Virus record (IMG/VR): IMGVR_UViG_3300044647_001247 | Span: 1 to 64,000 of that record | Source: a virus | Length of the DNA: 64,000 bases | Direction: 5' to 3' (one strand) | Part shown: positions 38,333-48,643 of the stretch, in pieces | Layout of the letters: the number at the start of each line of letters is the position of its first letter | How positions within the stretch are numbered: the stretch's first letter is position 1 | Notes under the pieces: model-generated | Databases searched by the model: none | Seen by the model: only the letters and a program-made list of their open reading frames with translations | What the model was told of the DNA's origin: nothing | Made by a program: the position numbers and the translations under genes

Positions 38333-38448
38333 ATGGGATTTAGAATTAATAGTGGAGGATTCAGAGTTAGTAGTGGTGTGATGAATATTAAACCACCTAT
38401 GCAGTTGGAGACTCCGTGCTTGGAGATATTTATTTACAATATGTTTAA
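38333..38448 (+). pseudogene. truncated, frameshifted tail-gene remnant fused to an orphan fibre end
   Basis: MGFRINSGGFRVSSG.. then, in another frame, TYAVGDSVLG|DIYLQYV*. Confidence 0.45.
38421..38439 (+). repeat. 19-bp direct repeat, copy 2
   Basis: Identical to 36820-36838. Confidence 0.85.
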
Positions 38449-38459
38449 AACTATAAAAA

Positions 38460-38738
38460 ATGAAAAAGATACAACCATTTAACATTTGGGTAAACGGACA
38501 AAATAAATCAGCAAAGTATATGTTTCTTCGTTGTGGAACAGATAACCTAGAAGATTCAGCAATGTTTTACTATTCACTACACGAAGCAACTTTAAACAAA
38601 GATGGTGAAGAAATTTCTGGAAATATTTTAACAGAAGGAAACATTACAATGACAGGAACACCATATACTAACTGGGAGACAAATCCTCAAGCATGGACCT
38701 GGGCTACAGGACAACTTGGTATAACAGTGTTAGTTTAA
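38460..38738 (+). CDS. small tail-fibre accessory protein
   Basis: MKKIQP..IW.NG..DNL..A.FYY..GN.TM.G..Y..W pattern common next to fibre genes. Confidence 0.7.
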   Translation: MKKIQPFNIWVNGQNKSAKYMFLRCGTDNLEDSAMFYYSLHEATLNKDGEEISGNILTEGNITMTGTPYTNWETNPQAWTWATGQLGITVLV

Positions 38739-38769
38739 TATGTTGATTTTTTACACTGCAAAAAATTCA

Positions 38770-38787
38770 GTATATTATTAGTGAGGA
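38770..38787 (+). promoter_or_regulatory. putative phage late promoter motif
   Basis: GTATATTATTAGTGAGGA. Confidence 0.5.
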
Positions 38788-38844
38788 GTGTGTGTGTGTG
38801 TATGTTTTTCATATATTTATAAATAATAATATAACTATTCAATA

Positions 38845-39294
38845 ATGCCAGATAATGTAGGATATACCCCAGGTATAGGGGCAACAGTAGCAGCAGAGGA
38901 AATACTTGGTATTTTATTCCAAAGAATAAAGCTGACTCTTGGTGCAGATGGTGTAAATGATGGAGATGTAAGTTCTTCAAATCCTATGCCAACACAAGCC
39001 CAAAAAACAGATGAATTGCTGTCAACCATACAGATGCTTATGGGAATCCTTGTAGGTATGTGCGAAAGCCTTCAAGTGGTAGATGCAGCACAAAGACAAC
39101 GTATTGCTATTGATGCTATTGCAGCAGGATTAACACTTGCCACTGTAACTACTGTAGGCACTGTATCTACTGTATCTACTGTAACAAACGTAGCTGCCCA
39201 AACTTCAATGGCAGGTATGGATAGAGAAATGTATATTAATATAGCAGACCAAACGTATGCATTGTGCATTCGTCAACACTTAAAATTTGAATAA
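38845..39294 (+). CDS. structural protein
   Basis: FQRIKLTLGADG..VSSSNPMP; TV repeats. Confidence 0.7.
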   Translation: MPDNVGYTPGIGATVAAEEILGILFQRIKLTLGADGVNDGDVSSSNPMPTQAQKTDELLSTIQMLMGILVGMCESLQVVDAAQRQRIAIDAIAAGLTLATVTTVGTVSTVSTVTNVAAQTSMAGMDREMYINIADQTYALCIRQHLKFE

Positions 39295-41929
39295 TATGCC
39301 AGCTTTAGTATCAAATACATTAATGAGAGGAGTGGATAAACCTGTATGGCAATGGACACGTTTTGCCCCAGCAGTTAGTTCTGCAATATCAAGTTCTTGT
39401 GCCGCAGATAATGGTAACTTTTTGCCAGAAGAACATGGAAGATATATACCTTATTTAATTTCTGCAACATCTTTTGTAAAATATGATACTTGGACTGATA
39501 TGTATCAACCTTTATCAGCCCCACCTATTGCACCTGTTACATTTTCCTCAATGAAATATAGTGCAGCTTTTGGTATAGAGGGTAGTGTTATTGCAGCAGG
39601 AGCAAGCACACTAACTATACCATCTGTTACAATGCAATCATTACTTGGGTATGATGTAGAAATTATATCAGGAACAGGTGCAGGACAAATACGAACTATT
39701 ACGGGTGTAGCAGAACCTATTATTGCTGATAGTGGGATAGTAACTGCTGTAAATAACGTAGTAGGTGCTTTAAACATTACAGATACATTAAAGGCTTTTG
39801 CAATTAATCAATATACAGGATATACACTTCGTATAACAGGTAATGCTGGGGTTAGTCAGATTAGAAGAATATTATCAAACACTGCCACTCAAATAGTTTT
39901 GGGTGATGTAACCCAAGCAAATGAAATTTGGAACAACCCTGCTGTATTCAACCCTGCAATTAATGCAACAGCAGGTTCACAAGCTGCATATTCTATTGAA
40001 TCACAAGTTGTAACTGTTGATTCTGCGTGGACTGTTCAACCTGATGCCACTTCTGTGTTTAAGGTTAAAACAGGAATTGTTATTTTAGTTTCTAGTGCTG
40101 CTGCTGCTCCGTTTTTCACTATGCAAGCCTATGACATGATTTCAGACACATGGTATATTATACCATCTATGTCTGGTATTTTTGCAGCAGTAGGTACAGA
40201 TTGCAGTATTGAAAGTACTACTGAAAACTCATCCTTATGGTATCGTGGTATTGCTGCATCAACAAGCACTGTAACTACATTGGTAGATTCTTCACTTGGA
40301 GTTGATAGAAAAGCATGGGAAGTTAACCAGTGGAAAGATTATTGGGTGTATATTTATTCAGGTGCAGGAGCAGGACAAATTCGTAAGATTGATAGTAATA
40401 CTGCTAACACGTTAACATGGACTACTCATATTAGTCCACATCCTAATGCAACAAGTAGATATTTTATTCTTGGATTTGATGCAGGAATAGCAACAGCAGG
40501 AGCTGCTTCTAGCATCACTGATTCAACTAAATCTTGGGTAGTAGACCGTTGGAAAAACTATGCAGTTAGAATCATGGCAGGTACGGGAGCAGGACAAGTA
40601 AAACCAATTGCATCTAATACAGCCACTGCACTAACTATTGTGGGCACTTGGGCAACTACACCTGATAACACATCTGTGTTTGTTATACAAGCTGACCCTA
40701 ATAAAGTATATCTTCAATTAGGAAGTGTTGCAGGATTGCCTATTCATAATATTGATTCACAAACTCCTACTTTTGGTAGACAGCAAGATTTTGGTATAGC
40801 AAGAAGTGGTTCTGCAACAGTTGCAGGTAACAGACCTGTAGCAATCACTACATTTGCAAATGCTACAACAACTGCAACTGTTACAACTGCACATAACCAT
40901 CAATTTAAGGTGGGTCAGTTGGTAACTGTTAGGGGTGCTACAGACGCAAATTTTAATGTGACGAATGTGGCTATTGCCACTGTACCATCAGCTACAACTT
41001 TTACCTACACAATGGCAGGAACACCTGCTGCTACTACTATTGCAAGCAACCAATCAACAACTGTACTTGTTGATGCTTCAAAGTCATGGACAGTAAACCA
41101 ATGGGCAGGACAAACAGTGTATATGTACACAACAGCAGTTACAGGGGCTACGGGAGCTGTAACAGGACAATCTTTTAGAATTGCAAGTAATACAGCAACC
41201 ACGTTAACACTTGTAGCTACTGCCACTGCTCCAACTAATGGTGTGAGTAGATATAGCATATCAACATCATCTGCTATTGGTGCTGCTGATTTTGGTGTAG
41301 CTACAGGTACTCAATCTACCACCACACTTCAAGACACTACAAAATCTTGGGCAGTTAATATTTGGGCAGGTAAAAGAGTAAGATATATAACCACAACGGG
41401 GGGACCAATAGAGGTTACAATTACCTCTAATACAGCAAATACACTTACTTTACCAACAACTAGTGCTGCAACTACTCTCGTTACAGGATATGTAATATTG
41501 GAGCAAACAGTAAAAGGGCTTGGTGTTAGTATGAACTGGACATTTGGAACAAGTGATTTGCTGACAAGAGGTAGGTATATGTTTTCAACACGTGGTGGTG
41601 CTGCTATTGGATTTGATAGATTTGATTTAACTACCGATAGGTGTAATCTTATATTTACAACTCCATTAACAGAAACCCTAACCACAGGTACAATGACTGC
41701 GTATGATGGTATGGACAATATATTCTTTCAGAAGGATGCTACACAAAGAGTGATGTCCTTGAACGTGGTAACGGGGAAGGTGAATGGTGGTTCTATGTAT
41801 CCTTACGCAGCACCAACAGCAATTATTGGCAATAGGATGGAAATCTTTACAACCAAAGATGGACTAAAATACATTTGGTTAAACCGGGCTTCTTTTGCAG
41901 AATGTTTCAAATGCTTAATCTTTTGGTAA
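39287..41929 (+). CDS. tail spike or receptor-binding protein with tandem beta repeats
   Basis: About six repeats of the type D..KSW.VN.W....V.I..G.GAGQ.R.I.SNTA..LT. Confidence 0.75.
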   Translation: MNNMPALVSNTLMRGVDKPVWQWTRFAPAVSSAISSSCAADNGNFLPEEHGRYIPYLISATSFVKYDTWTDMYQPLSAPPIAPVTFSSMKYSAAFGIEGSVIAAGASTLTIPSVTMQSLLGYDVEIISGTGAGQIRTITGVAEPIIADSGIVTAVNNVVGALNITDTLKAFAINQYTGYTLRITGNAGVSQIRRILSNTATQIVLGDVTQANEIWNNPAVFNPAINATAGSQAAYSIESQVVTVDSAWTVQPDATSVFKVKTGIVILVSSAAAAPFFTMQAYDMISDTWYIIPSMSGIFAAVGTDCSIESTTENSSLWYRGIAASTSTVTTLVDSSLGVDRKAWEVNQWKDYWVYIYSGAGAGQIRKIDSNTANTLTWTTHISPHPNATSRYFILGFDAGIATAGAASSITDSTKSWVVDRWKNYAVRIMAGTGAGQVKPIASNTATALTIVGTWATTPDNTSVFVIQADPNKVYLQLGSVAGLPIHNIDSQTPTFGRQQDFGIARSGSATVAGNRPVAITTFANATTTATVTTAHNHQFKVGQLVTVRGATDANFNVTNVAIATVPSATTFTYTMAGTPAATTIASNQSTTVLVDASKSWTVNQWAGQTVYMYTTAVTGATGAVTGQSFRIASNTATTLTLVATATAPTNGVSRYSISTSSAIGAADFGVATGTQSTTTLQDTTKSWAVNIWAGKRVRYITTTGGPIEVTITSNTANTLTLPTTSAATTLVTGYVILEQTVKGLGVSMNWTFGTSDLLTRGRYMFSTRGGAAIGFDRFDLTTDRCNLIFTTPLTETLTTGTMTAYDGMDNIFFQKDATQRVMSLNVVTGKVNGGSMYPYAAPTAIIGNRMEIFTTKDGLKYIWLNRASFAECFKCLIFW

Positions 41930-42090
41930 TGAATATAGCTAAATTAATAAATCAATGCGAGATACGCTTGGATTATCTTAGAATTCAATTGTTGACTTAC
42001 ACTCAATTGGGTAATATTGAAATGATATTAAAGCTTGAAACGGAGATAGCTGAAACAGAGCAAACAATAGCCATGCTAAAAAATAGTTAA
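41929..42090 (+). CDS. small coiled-coil protein
   Basis: Coupled TAATG start; 53 aa. Confidence 0.6.
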   Translation: MNIAKLINQCEIRLDYLRIQLLTYTQLGNIEMILKLETEIAETEQTIAMLKNS

Positions 42091-42092
42091 CA

Positions 42093-42260
42093 ATGCTTCT
42101 TACGTTATTACAGTCACAGGGTGCTCCACCATCACCAAGTGGTGTTACTGTGTGGTTGAAAGTGGGAAGTGTTTGGAAACAAGCTACTATGTATATTAAG
42201 GTGGCTGGTACATGGAAGACTGCCACTACTTTTACAAAAATATCAGGAACTTGGAAATAA
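42093..42260 (+). CDS. 55-aa fibre-tip-like peptide with three KxxxxWK repeats (not in ORF track)
   Basis: ..VWLKVGSVWKQATMYIKVAGTWKTATTFTKISGTWK*. Confidence 0.7.
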   Translation: MLLTLLQSQGAPPSPSGVTVWLKVGSVWKQATMYIKVAGTWKTATTFTKISGTWK

Positions 42261-42266
42261 TAAGAT

Positions 42267-45200
42267 GTGCCAATATATTCTACAACAAGACAGCCCGTAC
42301 AACCAGAACAAGGAATACTTAGACAAGACTTAAATGTAATTAGTCCTGGTCATGCTGTTATTAGAAAAATCATTGCTGGTTCCAATATAGAATTAACATA
42401 CACTGGAATAGATCCTGGTACAGGTGATGTTACAATAAGTTATGTTCCATCTTCTTCAAGTCCTAATCCAAATGTAGTTTTATTTAATAATACAGGGTCA
42501 GGTAATAGTTCTGGTTCTAGTTATAATGGATCTCAATCTATTACAATTAGTTATAACAGCATTGGTGCACAAGGAGAATCCCCAAGTCTTACCTCTCTTA
42601 CTAATTTAGTTTATTCAGGCACTACAGCATTTGTAAAAATGACTGGTGCTAATCTATTTACATTAGACACAAATGTCTATCTCACTGCTAATCAGACTAT
42701 TACACTCTCAGGTGATATCACTGGCTCTGGTAATACAGCCATATCTACCCTTATTTCTAATAATGTTGTAACATTAGCAAAGCTTGCTCAAGTATCTACG
42801 TCCACTATATTAGGTAGAGTGACAGGTGGCACTGGTAATGTAGAAGCACTAACTAGTGCACAAGCTACAACTGTTTTAAATGTTTTCACTGATCTTTTAA
42901 AAGGACTAGTTCCAGCTTCAGGTGGAGGTAGTACTAACTTCTTGAGATCTGATGGTGTATGGGCTGCTCCTCCTGGAGGTGGGGGAGGTAGTGCTGGAAC
43001 CACTACTAACTCACTCACTATTAACAATTCAGGAAGTGGTAATTCATCAGGTATCACTTTTAATGGTAGTGCTGCTGTCACTATAAGTTATAACACTGTT
43101 GGGGCACAACAAGCTAGTTCAGTGCTATCTGGATTGGCTGCTCTTTCTTGGACTTCAGGTACACCGTTTGTTAAGATGACAGCAGCTGGAACATTTTCTC
43201 TTGACACTGCCACTTACTATTTAGCTTCCAATCCATCAGGTTATACAAATAATACAGGCACAGTTACATCTGTAGCCATTACTCTACCTGGAATATTTGG
43301 TTTAACAGGTTCTCCCATCACTACATCAGGCACTCTATCTGTCACCTTAGCTAGCCAAACTGCTAATACAGTGTTTATTGCTCCTAATGGATCAGCAGGT
43401 GCTCCTACATTTAGAGCTTTACTTTTAGCAGATCTTCCTTCTCTATCTACAACAAATGTAAGTGAGGGTACAAATCTTTATTATACGGATGTACGTGTTC
43501 GTGCTGCAGTGAGTTTTGTAGCAGGTACTGGTGCATACAACTCTTCTACAGGTGTATTTACAATACCCACTAATACTAATCAACTTGTTAATGGTGCAGG
43601 TTATATAACAGGATATACGGAAACTGATACACTAGCTTCTGTAACAGGAAGAGGTGCTACTACAACAATTGCTATTAGTGCTCCTAACTTTTATGATGCT
43701 ATAGGATCTTATAATGTGAATTTAGGTTCAGGAGGTACTGAAGGCAGAGCACTAGTAGTAGGATATTCCGGAGGTAGTTATGGTGGTATAGGTTATAATG
43801 TTCGGCATACAACTACAGGTGGGTCTTATATAGCTCCAGGAACAGATACTTCTTCTTACATTTTATTTTCAGCTGGAGGAATTAATTTTTATGGTGCACC
43901 ATCAGGAGCAGCAGGTCGTACTTTAAGTTATACAACTCTTGGAACTTTTAGTAGTTCAGGACTTTTTAATGCTGTAAATATTAATGTTAATGGAAACCAA
44001 GTTCTTCACGCAGCTAACTATAACTCATACTCTCCAACATTAACAGGAACTGGTGCAAGTGGTACTTGGGGAATAAGCATATCAGGAACAGCTGCTAACA
44101 GTACACAATTTGCAGGAATAGGTTATGGTGGTGGGTATAGTTCTGGAACAGTGTCTTATTTCATGATATATAATGGTACTAACTCAAGATGGGAAGCATA
44201 TACAGCATCATCTTTAGGTCCAACATTCTTAGGACTTGGTTCTAATGCATACACTTCCACTGCTTATTTACCACTTTCTGGTGGCACTATGGGAGGTCAT
44301 ATAAACATGGGTGCATGGAATATTACAAATATCACTACATTAGGAGCAGTCACTTTAAACCTAAGTGGAACAGCTACTGTAGGTGCTATTTCTACTCCTA
44401 TTATACAAGGAAGTGGAGGTTCATATATACAATCCACATCAACAGGAGTTGCTTACACACAAAACTGGCAAATAAGAGAAAAGTCAGGAGGTAGTGGCAA
44501 TACAAATGTGATTTATGCACCACAATTAGCATTCCACTGGGGAGGTGTAGTAGCTTCAAGTATTTTATTGGAGTCATCAGGTAGAGTTTCTGTAAGAGAT
44601 AACCCAGGAACAAGCTATGAAAAATTCATAGCTGGTGCTACAACTATTGTTGGATATAGTGATTCTATATATTTATATGTTAACTATAATAATACATTAA
44701 ATGTTTGTACAGTTTCAGCTACTAGTACAGGTGTATCAGCACATGGTATTTTGGATCTATACAAAGGAGGTACAAGTAATATACAATTAAATGCCAATAA
44801 TACTTCTAATAGTTATATAAATGCCGGTAATTTTGGAATAGGTACTACAAGTCCATCTCAACTTTTACATGTAAATGGTAATGCTTTAGTTGCATCTTTT
44901 TTATATATTAATACTATAAGTGATAATGTAGTAAGTAACGCTAACCAAATAACAGGAAATAATACTGGTAGCAGTTATACTCAGTGGAGAATTAAAGGAT
45001 CTAAAAACAGTTATGCGGGTTTTTTTGATGAATATAGTAGTGTTAACGGAATGATGTACGATAGTGGTGGTAATGGTGGTATATATAGAGAAACTAATGG
45101 TCGTTGGTATTTATATCATAATGTAGGTAATAACTGTTTAGGAGTTGCTGCTTCTACTACATCATCTTCATACAGATTGTATGTAAGTGGTGCAATATAT

Positions 45201-45518
45201 TCTACAGATGATATAGTGGCTTATTCTGATAGAAGAAAGAAGACAAACATTACAACTATTGACAATGCATTAGATAAGGTGAATAGAATGCGGGGTGTAT
45301 TTTATGATAAGATTGATGATATAAAAAAAGGTAGACAAACAGGAGTGATAGCTCAAGAAATAAATGAGGTGTTACCTGAAGTGGTTACTTATGCTAAAGA
45401 TGTAGATGAGTATGGTGTATCTTATGGAAACGTAGTGGGTGTACTTATTGAAGCTATTAAAGAACAACAATTGCAAATTGAACAGCTTAAAACTAAATTA
45501 GATGGCATTTCCAGCTAG
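42267..45518 (+). CDS. tail fibre protein 2 with C-terminal intramolecular chaperone (peptidase S74)
   Basis: AYSDRRKKTNI..ALDKV..RGV..GVIAQE..VLPEVV..YGNVVGVLIEAIKE autocleavage chaperone. Confidence 0.9.
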   Translation: MPIYSTTRQPVQPEQGILRQDLNVISPGHAVIRKIIAGSNIELTYTGIDPGTGDVTISYVPSSSSPNPNVVLFNNTGSGNSSGSSYNGSQSITISYNSIGAQGESPSLTSLTNLVYSGTTAFVKMTGANLFTLDTNVYLTANQTITLSGDITGSGNTAISTLISNNVVTLAKLAQVSTSTILGRVTGGTGNVEALTSAQATTVLNVFTDLLKGLVPASGGGSTNFLRSDGVWAAPPGGGGGSAGTTTNSLTINNSGSGNSSGITFNGSAAVTISYNTVGAQQASSVLSGLAALSWTSGTPFVKMTAAGTFSLDTATYYLASNPSGYTNNTGTVTSVAITLPGIFGLTGSPITTSGTLSVTLASQTANTVFIAPNGSAGAPTFRALLLADLPSLSTTNVSEGTNLYYTDVRVRAAVSFVAGTGAYNSSTGVFTIPTNTNQLVNGAGYITGYTETDTLASVTGRGATTTIAISAPNFYDAIGSYNVNLGSGGTEGRALVVGYSGGSYGGIGYNVRHTTTGGSYIAPGTDTSSYILFSAGGINFYGAPSGAAGRTLSYTTLGTFSSSGLFNAVNINVNGNQVLHAANYNSYSPTLTGTGASGTWGISISGTAANSTQFAGIGYGGGYSSGTVSYFMIYNGTNSRWEAYTASSLGPTFLGLGSNAYTSTAYLPLSGGTMGGHINMGAWNITNITTLGAVTLNLSGTATVGAISTPIIQGSGGSYIQSTSTGVAYTQNWQIREKSGGSGNTNVIYAPQLAFHWGGVVASSILLESSGRVSVRDNPGTSYEKFIAGATTIVGYSDSIYLYVNYNNTLNVCTVSATSTGVSAHGILDLYKGGTSNIQLNANNTSNSYINAGNFGIGTTSPSQLLHVNGNALVASFLYINTISDNVVSNANQITGNNTGSSYTQWRIKGSKNSYAGFFDEYSSVNGMMYDSGGNGGIYRETNGRWYLYHNVGNNCLGVAASTTSSSYRLYVSGAIYSTDDIVAYSDRRKKTNITTIDNALDKVNRMRGVFYDKIDDIKKGRQTGVIAQEINEVLPEVVTYAKDVDEYGVSYGNVVGVLIEAIKEQQLQIEQLKTKLDGISS

Positions 45519-46083
45519 TGGTACAATATCATTCAATAATGCAAGGACAGAAATGGGTCAATCTGCAATGACTGATTATTCTTTTAGACGTTGGGCATCA
45601 GGTGCTGGTTGTGATAATGACACAACAAGTGGTCAAAGATATGCTCCTATAAATGTACATTCTTCTAATTCTGGAAAATATTCTACATCTTGTACAAATT
45701 ATCAAATGTCAAACTGGTATAATTATGATCATAGTCTTAATTATGCTAGTGATGGAACATTTAGAAATCTTTTTCTATCCTATTTAGCAAGTTGTGTATG
45801 TTGTCAAGGATCAATGATTATATTTGATTTAGGTACAACTAATAAAACATTTGATATTACAATTGATGGTACATCTACTGATTTTGCAAATATTTATAAA
45901 ATTGCAGTTTTTTATGGAAAACCATGGTCTTCAAATGGTGTAGGTGCAGGTAGTAGTAGTCTTGTTTATGATTATACTTATCCTTCTACTTCAGGTTTAA
46001 CTGTAACAATTAATTATAATTACACTTATAATAGCAGTGTTGGTCAATATTTATATGTTGTTGTTTATACAACTTGTACTTAA
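45502..46083 (+). CDS. fibre-associated adhesin-like protein
   Basis: MAFPASGTIS N-terminus, usually found after S74 fibres. Confidence 0.7.
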   Translation: MAFPASGTISFNNARTEMGQSAMTDYSFRRWASGAGCDNDTTSGQRYAPINVHSSNSGKYSTSCTNYQMSNWYNYDHSLNYASDGTFRNLFLSYLASCVCCQGSMIIFDLGTTNKTFDITIDGTSTDFANIYKIAVFYGKPWSSNGVGAGSSSLVYDYTYPSTSGLTVTINYNYTYNSSVGQYLYVVVYTTCT

Positions 46084-46097
46084 TTAAAATACTATTT

Positions 46098-46391
46098 ATG
46101 GCAATACAGGTAAAAGTTACACCAGGTGCGTCAAGTTATGAATATGATTTTGATGATTCTGGTTATAGCACTGGTTCTCAAGCATGTACTAATTATGCAG
46201 CATTAACAAGTGTATATGCTGCTGAGGCAACAGGTGACCTTGTCACTCAATTTTATACAAATTCTGGATTAACTACCACATTTTCTGGTACATCTTCAAC
46301 TTTCTATGCTTGGACAAGAGTAGGAGCAGGTACTACTTATCGTGGACAAGTGAATTCATCAGGAGTTACAAGTTTAATTAGCAATTGTTAA
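46098..46391 (+). CDS. small structural protein
   Basis: Probable start MAIQVK; FYTNSGLTT..VNSSG.T...C motif. Confidence 0.65.
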   Translation: MAIQVKVTPGASSYEYDFDDSGYSTGSQACTNYAALTSVYAAEATGDLVTQFYTNSGLTTTFSGTSSTFYAWTRVGAGTTYRGQVNSSGVTSLISNC

Positions 46392-46476
46392 ATTCGTATT
46401 ATTTTTAACATATGTTAATAACTTTTACAACATTACATTACATCTATTAATATCTTTGAGTTACAAAACCACATTT

Positions 46477-46971
46477 ATGAAAAAAATTACATTAAAACTA
46501 GTTGAGTTCTACAATCTTGACGCAGAGCTGAATGGTATAGTTGATCAAACAACAGGTGCTAAAAAGTCTTTTGGTCTTCTAGGAGAGAAGCTTTCTCTTG
46601 TTACTAAGTATTGGCTTACTGATCTTGCTAAAAAAGTAGCTGCTGAAAAAGTTGCAATAGAAGAACTTAGAAACGAACTTATTAAAAAATATGGTAAAGA
46701 AGAAAATGGGAATATTACAATCCCCATGTTAATAGATGATGATTCTAATGATGAAGAAACAGCAAGTAAAAAATTAAATCCTGATTTTCAACAGTTTGAA
46801 AAAGAATTTAATGAGCTTTTACAAACAGAAAAAGAAGTTGAATATAAACCAATTAAGCTTTCTGAATTAGAAAAGGTTGAAACATCAGAAAACTATGCTA
46901 CATTTTTCAAACTCTTAAATGAAGGAATCTCAGAAAATCCTGATAATGTTGTACCAATGACGCCTAGATAA
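46477..46971 (+). CDS. conserved phage helical protein (tail assembly chaperone-like)
   Basis: Probable start MKKITLK; RNELIKKYG..F.KEFNELL pattern. Confidence 0.65.
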   Translation: MKKITLKLVEFYNLDAELNGIVDQTTGAKKSFGLLGEKLSLVTKYWLTDLAKKVAAEKVAIEELRNELIKKYGKEENGNITIPMLIDDDSNDEETASKKLNPDFQQFEKEFNELLQTEKEVEYKPIKLSELEKVETSENYATFFKLLNEGISENPDNVVPMTPR

Positions 46972-46993
46972 TGTGTGGGTTTTAGTATTTATT

Positions 46994-47025
46994 AAAGCAC
47001 TCTCTTAAAATGAGGGTGCTTTTTT
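46994..47025 (+). terminator. intrinsic terminator
   Basis: aaagcactctc/gagggtgcttt plus T-run. Confidence 0.75.
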
Positions 47026-47050
47026 ATTTTGGTACTATCTGTAAAATTTT

Positions 47051-47067
47051 GTATATTATAGTGTAGA
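47051..47067 (+). promoter_or_regulatory. putative phage late promoter motif
   Basis: GTATATTATAGTGTAGA after a terminator. Confidence 0.5.
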
Positions 47068-47092
47068 GTGATTCTAATTTAAACTATAATAT

Positions 47093-47395
47093 ATGATTTT
47101 ATTTTCATTTATTTCAGACAGGTATAAATATACATTTCCTCAAGCTATTGCTGAGGTTGTTTCTGTTACAAAATCAAAATATGTAATGGCAGTGCCTCCT
47201 GGCTCTCAGCAACCTATTGAAGGTCAAGTGAATTTATATGCAAATTTTAATATATATGCTAGCCTTAATTCAAAAAATCAAGGTGGACAACCTATAGAAT
47301 CTATTTCTAAAAACTATTTGTGTGATGAATTTGATGAAGCATTTACTAAAGCAGAAGAACTGTTTTTAGATGAAGTGGGTGGTACATCTGTTTAA
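47093..47395 (+). CDS. hypothetical protein
   Basis: 100-aa ORF. Confidence 0.7.
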   Translation: MILFSFISDRYKYTFPQAIAEVVSVTKSKYVMAVPPGSQQPIEGQVNLYANFNIYASLNSKNQGGQPIESISKNYLCDEFDEAFTKAEELFLDEVGGTSV

Positions 47396-47415
47396 TTTAA
47401 TATATCTGATATAAT

Positions 47416-48642
47416 ATGTTACCTAAATCTAATGCTGCTAGTCAGGGTTGTATTCCTGTTTCTTCAAATTGTGTCGTATGGCAGGGACCTGATCTTTCCT
47501 GTCTTAACCTCTGCAACGGTGACACTGTTTCTGATGTAGTTTACAAGGTAGCTACAGACTTATGCACTATTAAGTCCACTCTGGATTTGACAAGCTTAGA
47601 CCTCACTTGTTTGGTCTCTTTTTGCTCTTCTGTAAATCCGGCACCCACTACAAAAACCCTGTCAGCAGTATTAGATTTTATTATAGATAAGGTTTGCTGT
47701 TTACAAGCTACTATTCCTGGAAGTCCAGGATCTACTTATACAGAACCCACTCTCACTCTTCCTACATGTTTACAATATGTAGATGGTGGTACAGGACTTA
47801 CAGTAACACAACTTGTTCATAATCAATACACTCTGCGAATAGCTAATCAGTATTGCTCTTTAAAAGCCACTGTTGATTCTCAAACAACTACACTTACTAG
47901 TCACAACGCACGAATTACAGCATTAGAAAATGCTCCTGCAATAACTCTTCCTACTGTTACACCTAATTGCATTCTTCCTAGTGTTCCTACACAAATGAAC
48001 GTTGTATTAGATAAGTTAGAAGAAGAATATTGTCTTCTTAGAACAGCTTTAGGATCTAACACTCAAATTACAGCAGCTGCTTCTCAGCAGTGTACCGCAT
48101 TAAGTGCTGCATCAGCACTTAGCCAAGCTGGTGCAATGTCATCTATAACTGGTTGGAATTCAACTGTTGCTAACATGTCACAAGCTATGCAGAATCTTTG
48201 GATCACTGTATGTGATATGAGAGCTGTTATAGCTGATCTTAAAAACTGCTGTGGTCAAACAGATTGTTCTGGATTTATTCTTGAATACAGTGCTACAGCT
48301 AATGGTGCCCGTCAGGAAGTATATCTTGACTTTAACCCAACCACTATTATTCCTTCAGGCTTTATTCAGGCTGTTCAAAACACTACAGTTGTTATTTCTG
48401 ATGGAACTAATAGTAAGTCTTTTGTAATTAACATTGTAACAGAAGCTGCTAATGTCAGTCCTTATACATTTATTGTAGCTGGTGGAAGTGTAGTGGGAAC
48501 TCCTCTTAATAGCTCAATGCCATACACTGTTGTTGTTAATGCATTCATATCTAAGAGTAATAATGTATGTAATAAATCTGTAACTAAAAATATCACTGTA
48601 CCTTGTCCAATTGTGACTAGTGTAAGTGCAACCTTAATATAA
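47416..48642 (+). CDS. Cys-rich fibrous structural protein
   Basis: SSNCVVWQGPDL.CL motif, coiled-coil segments, many cysteines. Confidence 0.75.
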   Translation: MLPKSNAASQGCIPVSSNCVVWQGPDLSCLNLCNGDTVSDVVYKVATDLCTIKSTLDLTSLDLTCLVSFCSSVNPAPTTKTLSAVLDFIIDKVCCLQATIPGSPGSTYTEPTLTLPTCLQYVDGGTGLTVTQLVHNQYTLRIANQYCSLKATVDSQTTTLTSHNARITALENAPAITLPTVTPNCILPSVPTQMNVVLDKLEEEYCLLRTALGSNTQITAAASQQCTALSAASALSQAGAMSSITGWNSTVANMSQAMQNLWITVCDMRAVIADLKNCCGQTDCSGFILEYSATANGARQEVYLDFNPTTIIPSGFIQAVQNTTVVISDGTNSKSFVINIVTEAANVSPYTFIVAGGSVVGTPLNSSMPYTVVVNAFISKSNNVCNKSVTKNITVPCPIVTSVSATLI

Positions 48643-48643
48643 T

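Noticed and set aside
34628-46391. Diversity-generating retroelement or invertase shufflon acting on fibres
   Set aside because: No reverse transcriptase, recombinase, adenine-variable TR/VR pair or inverted cassettes are visible in the window.
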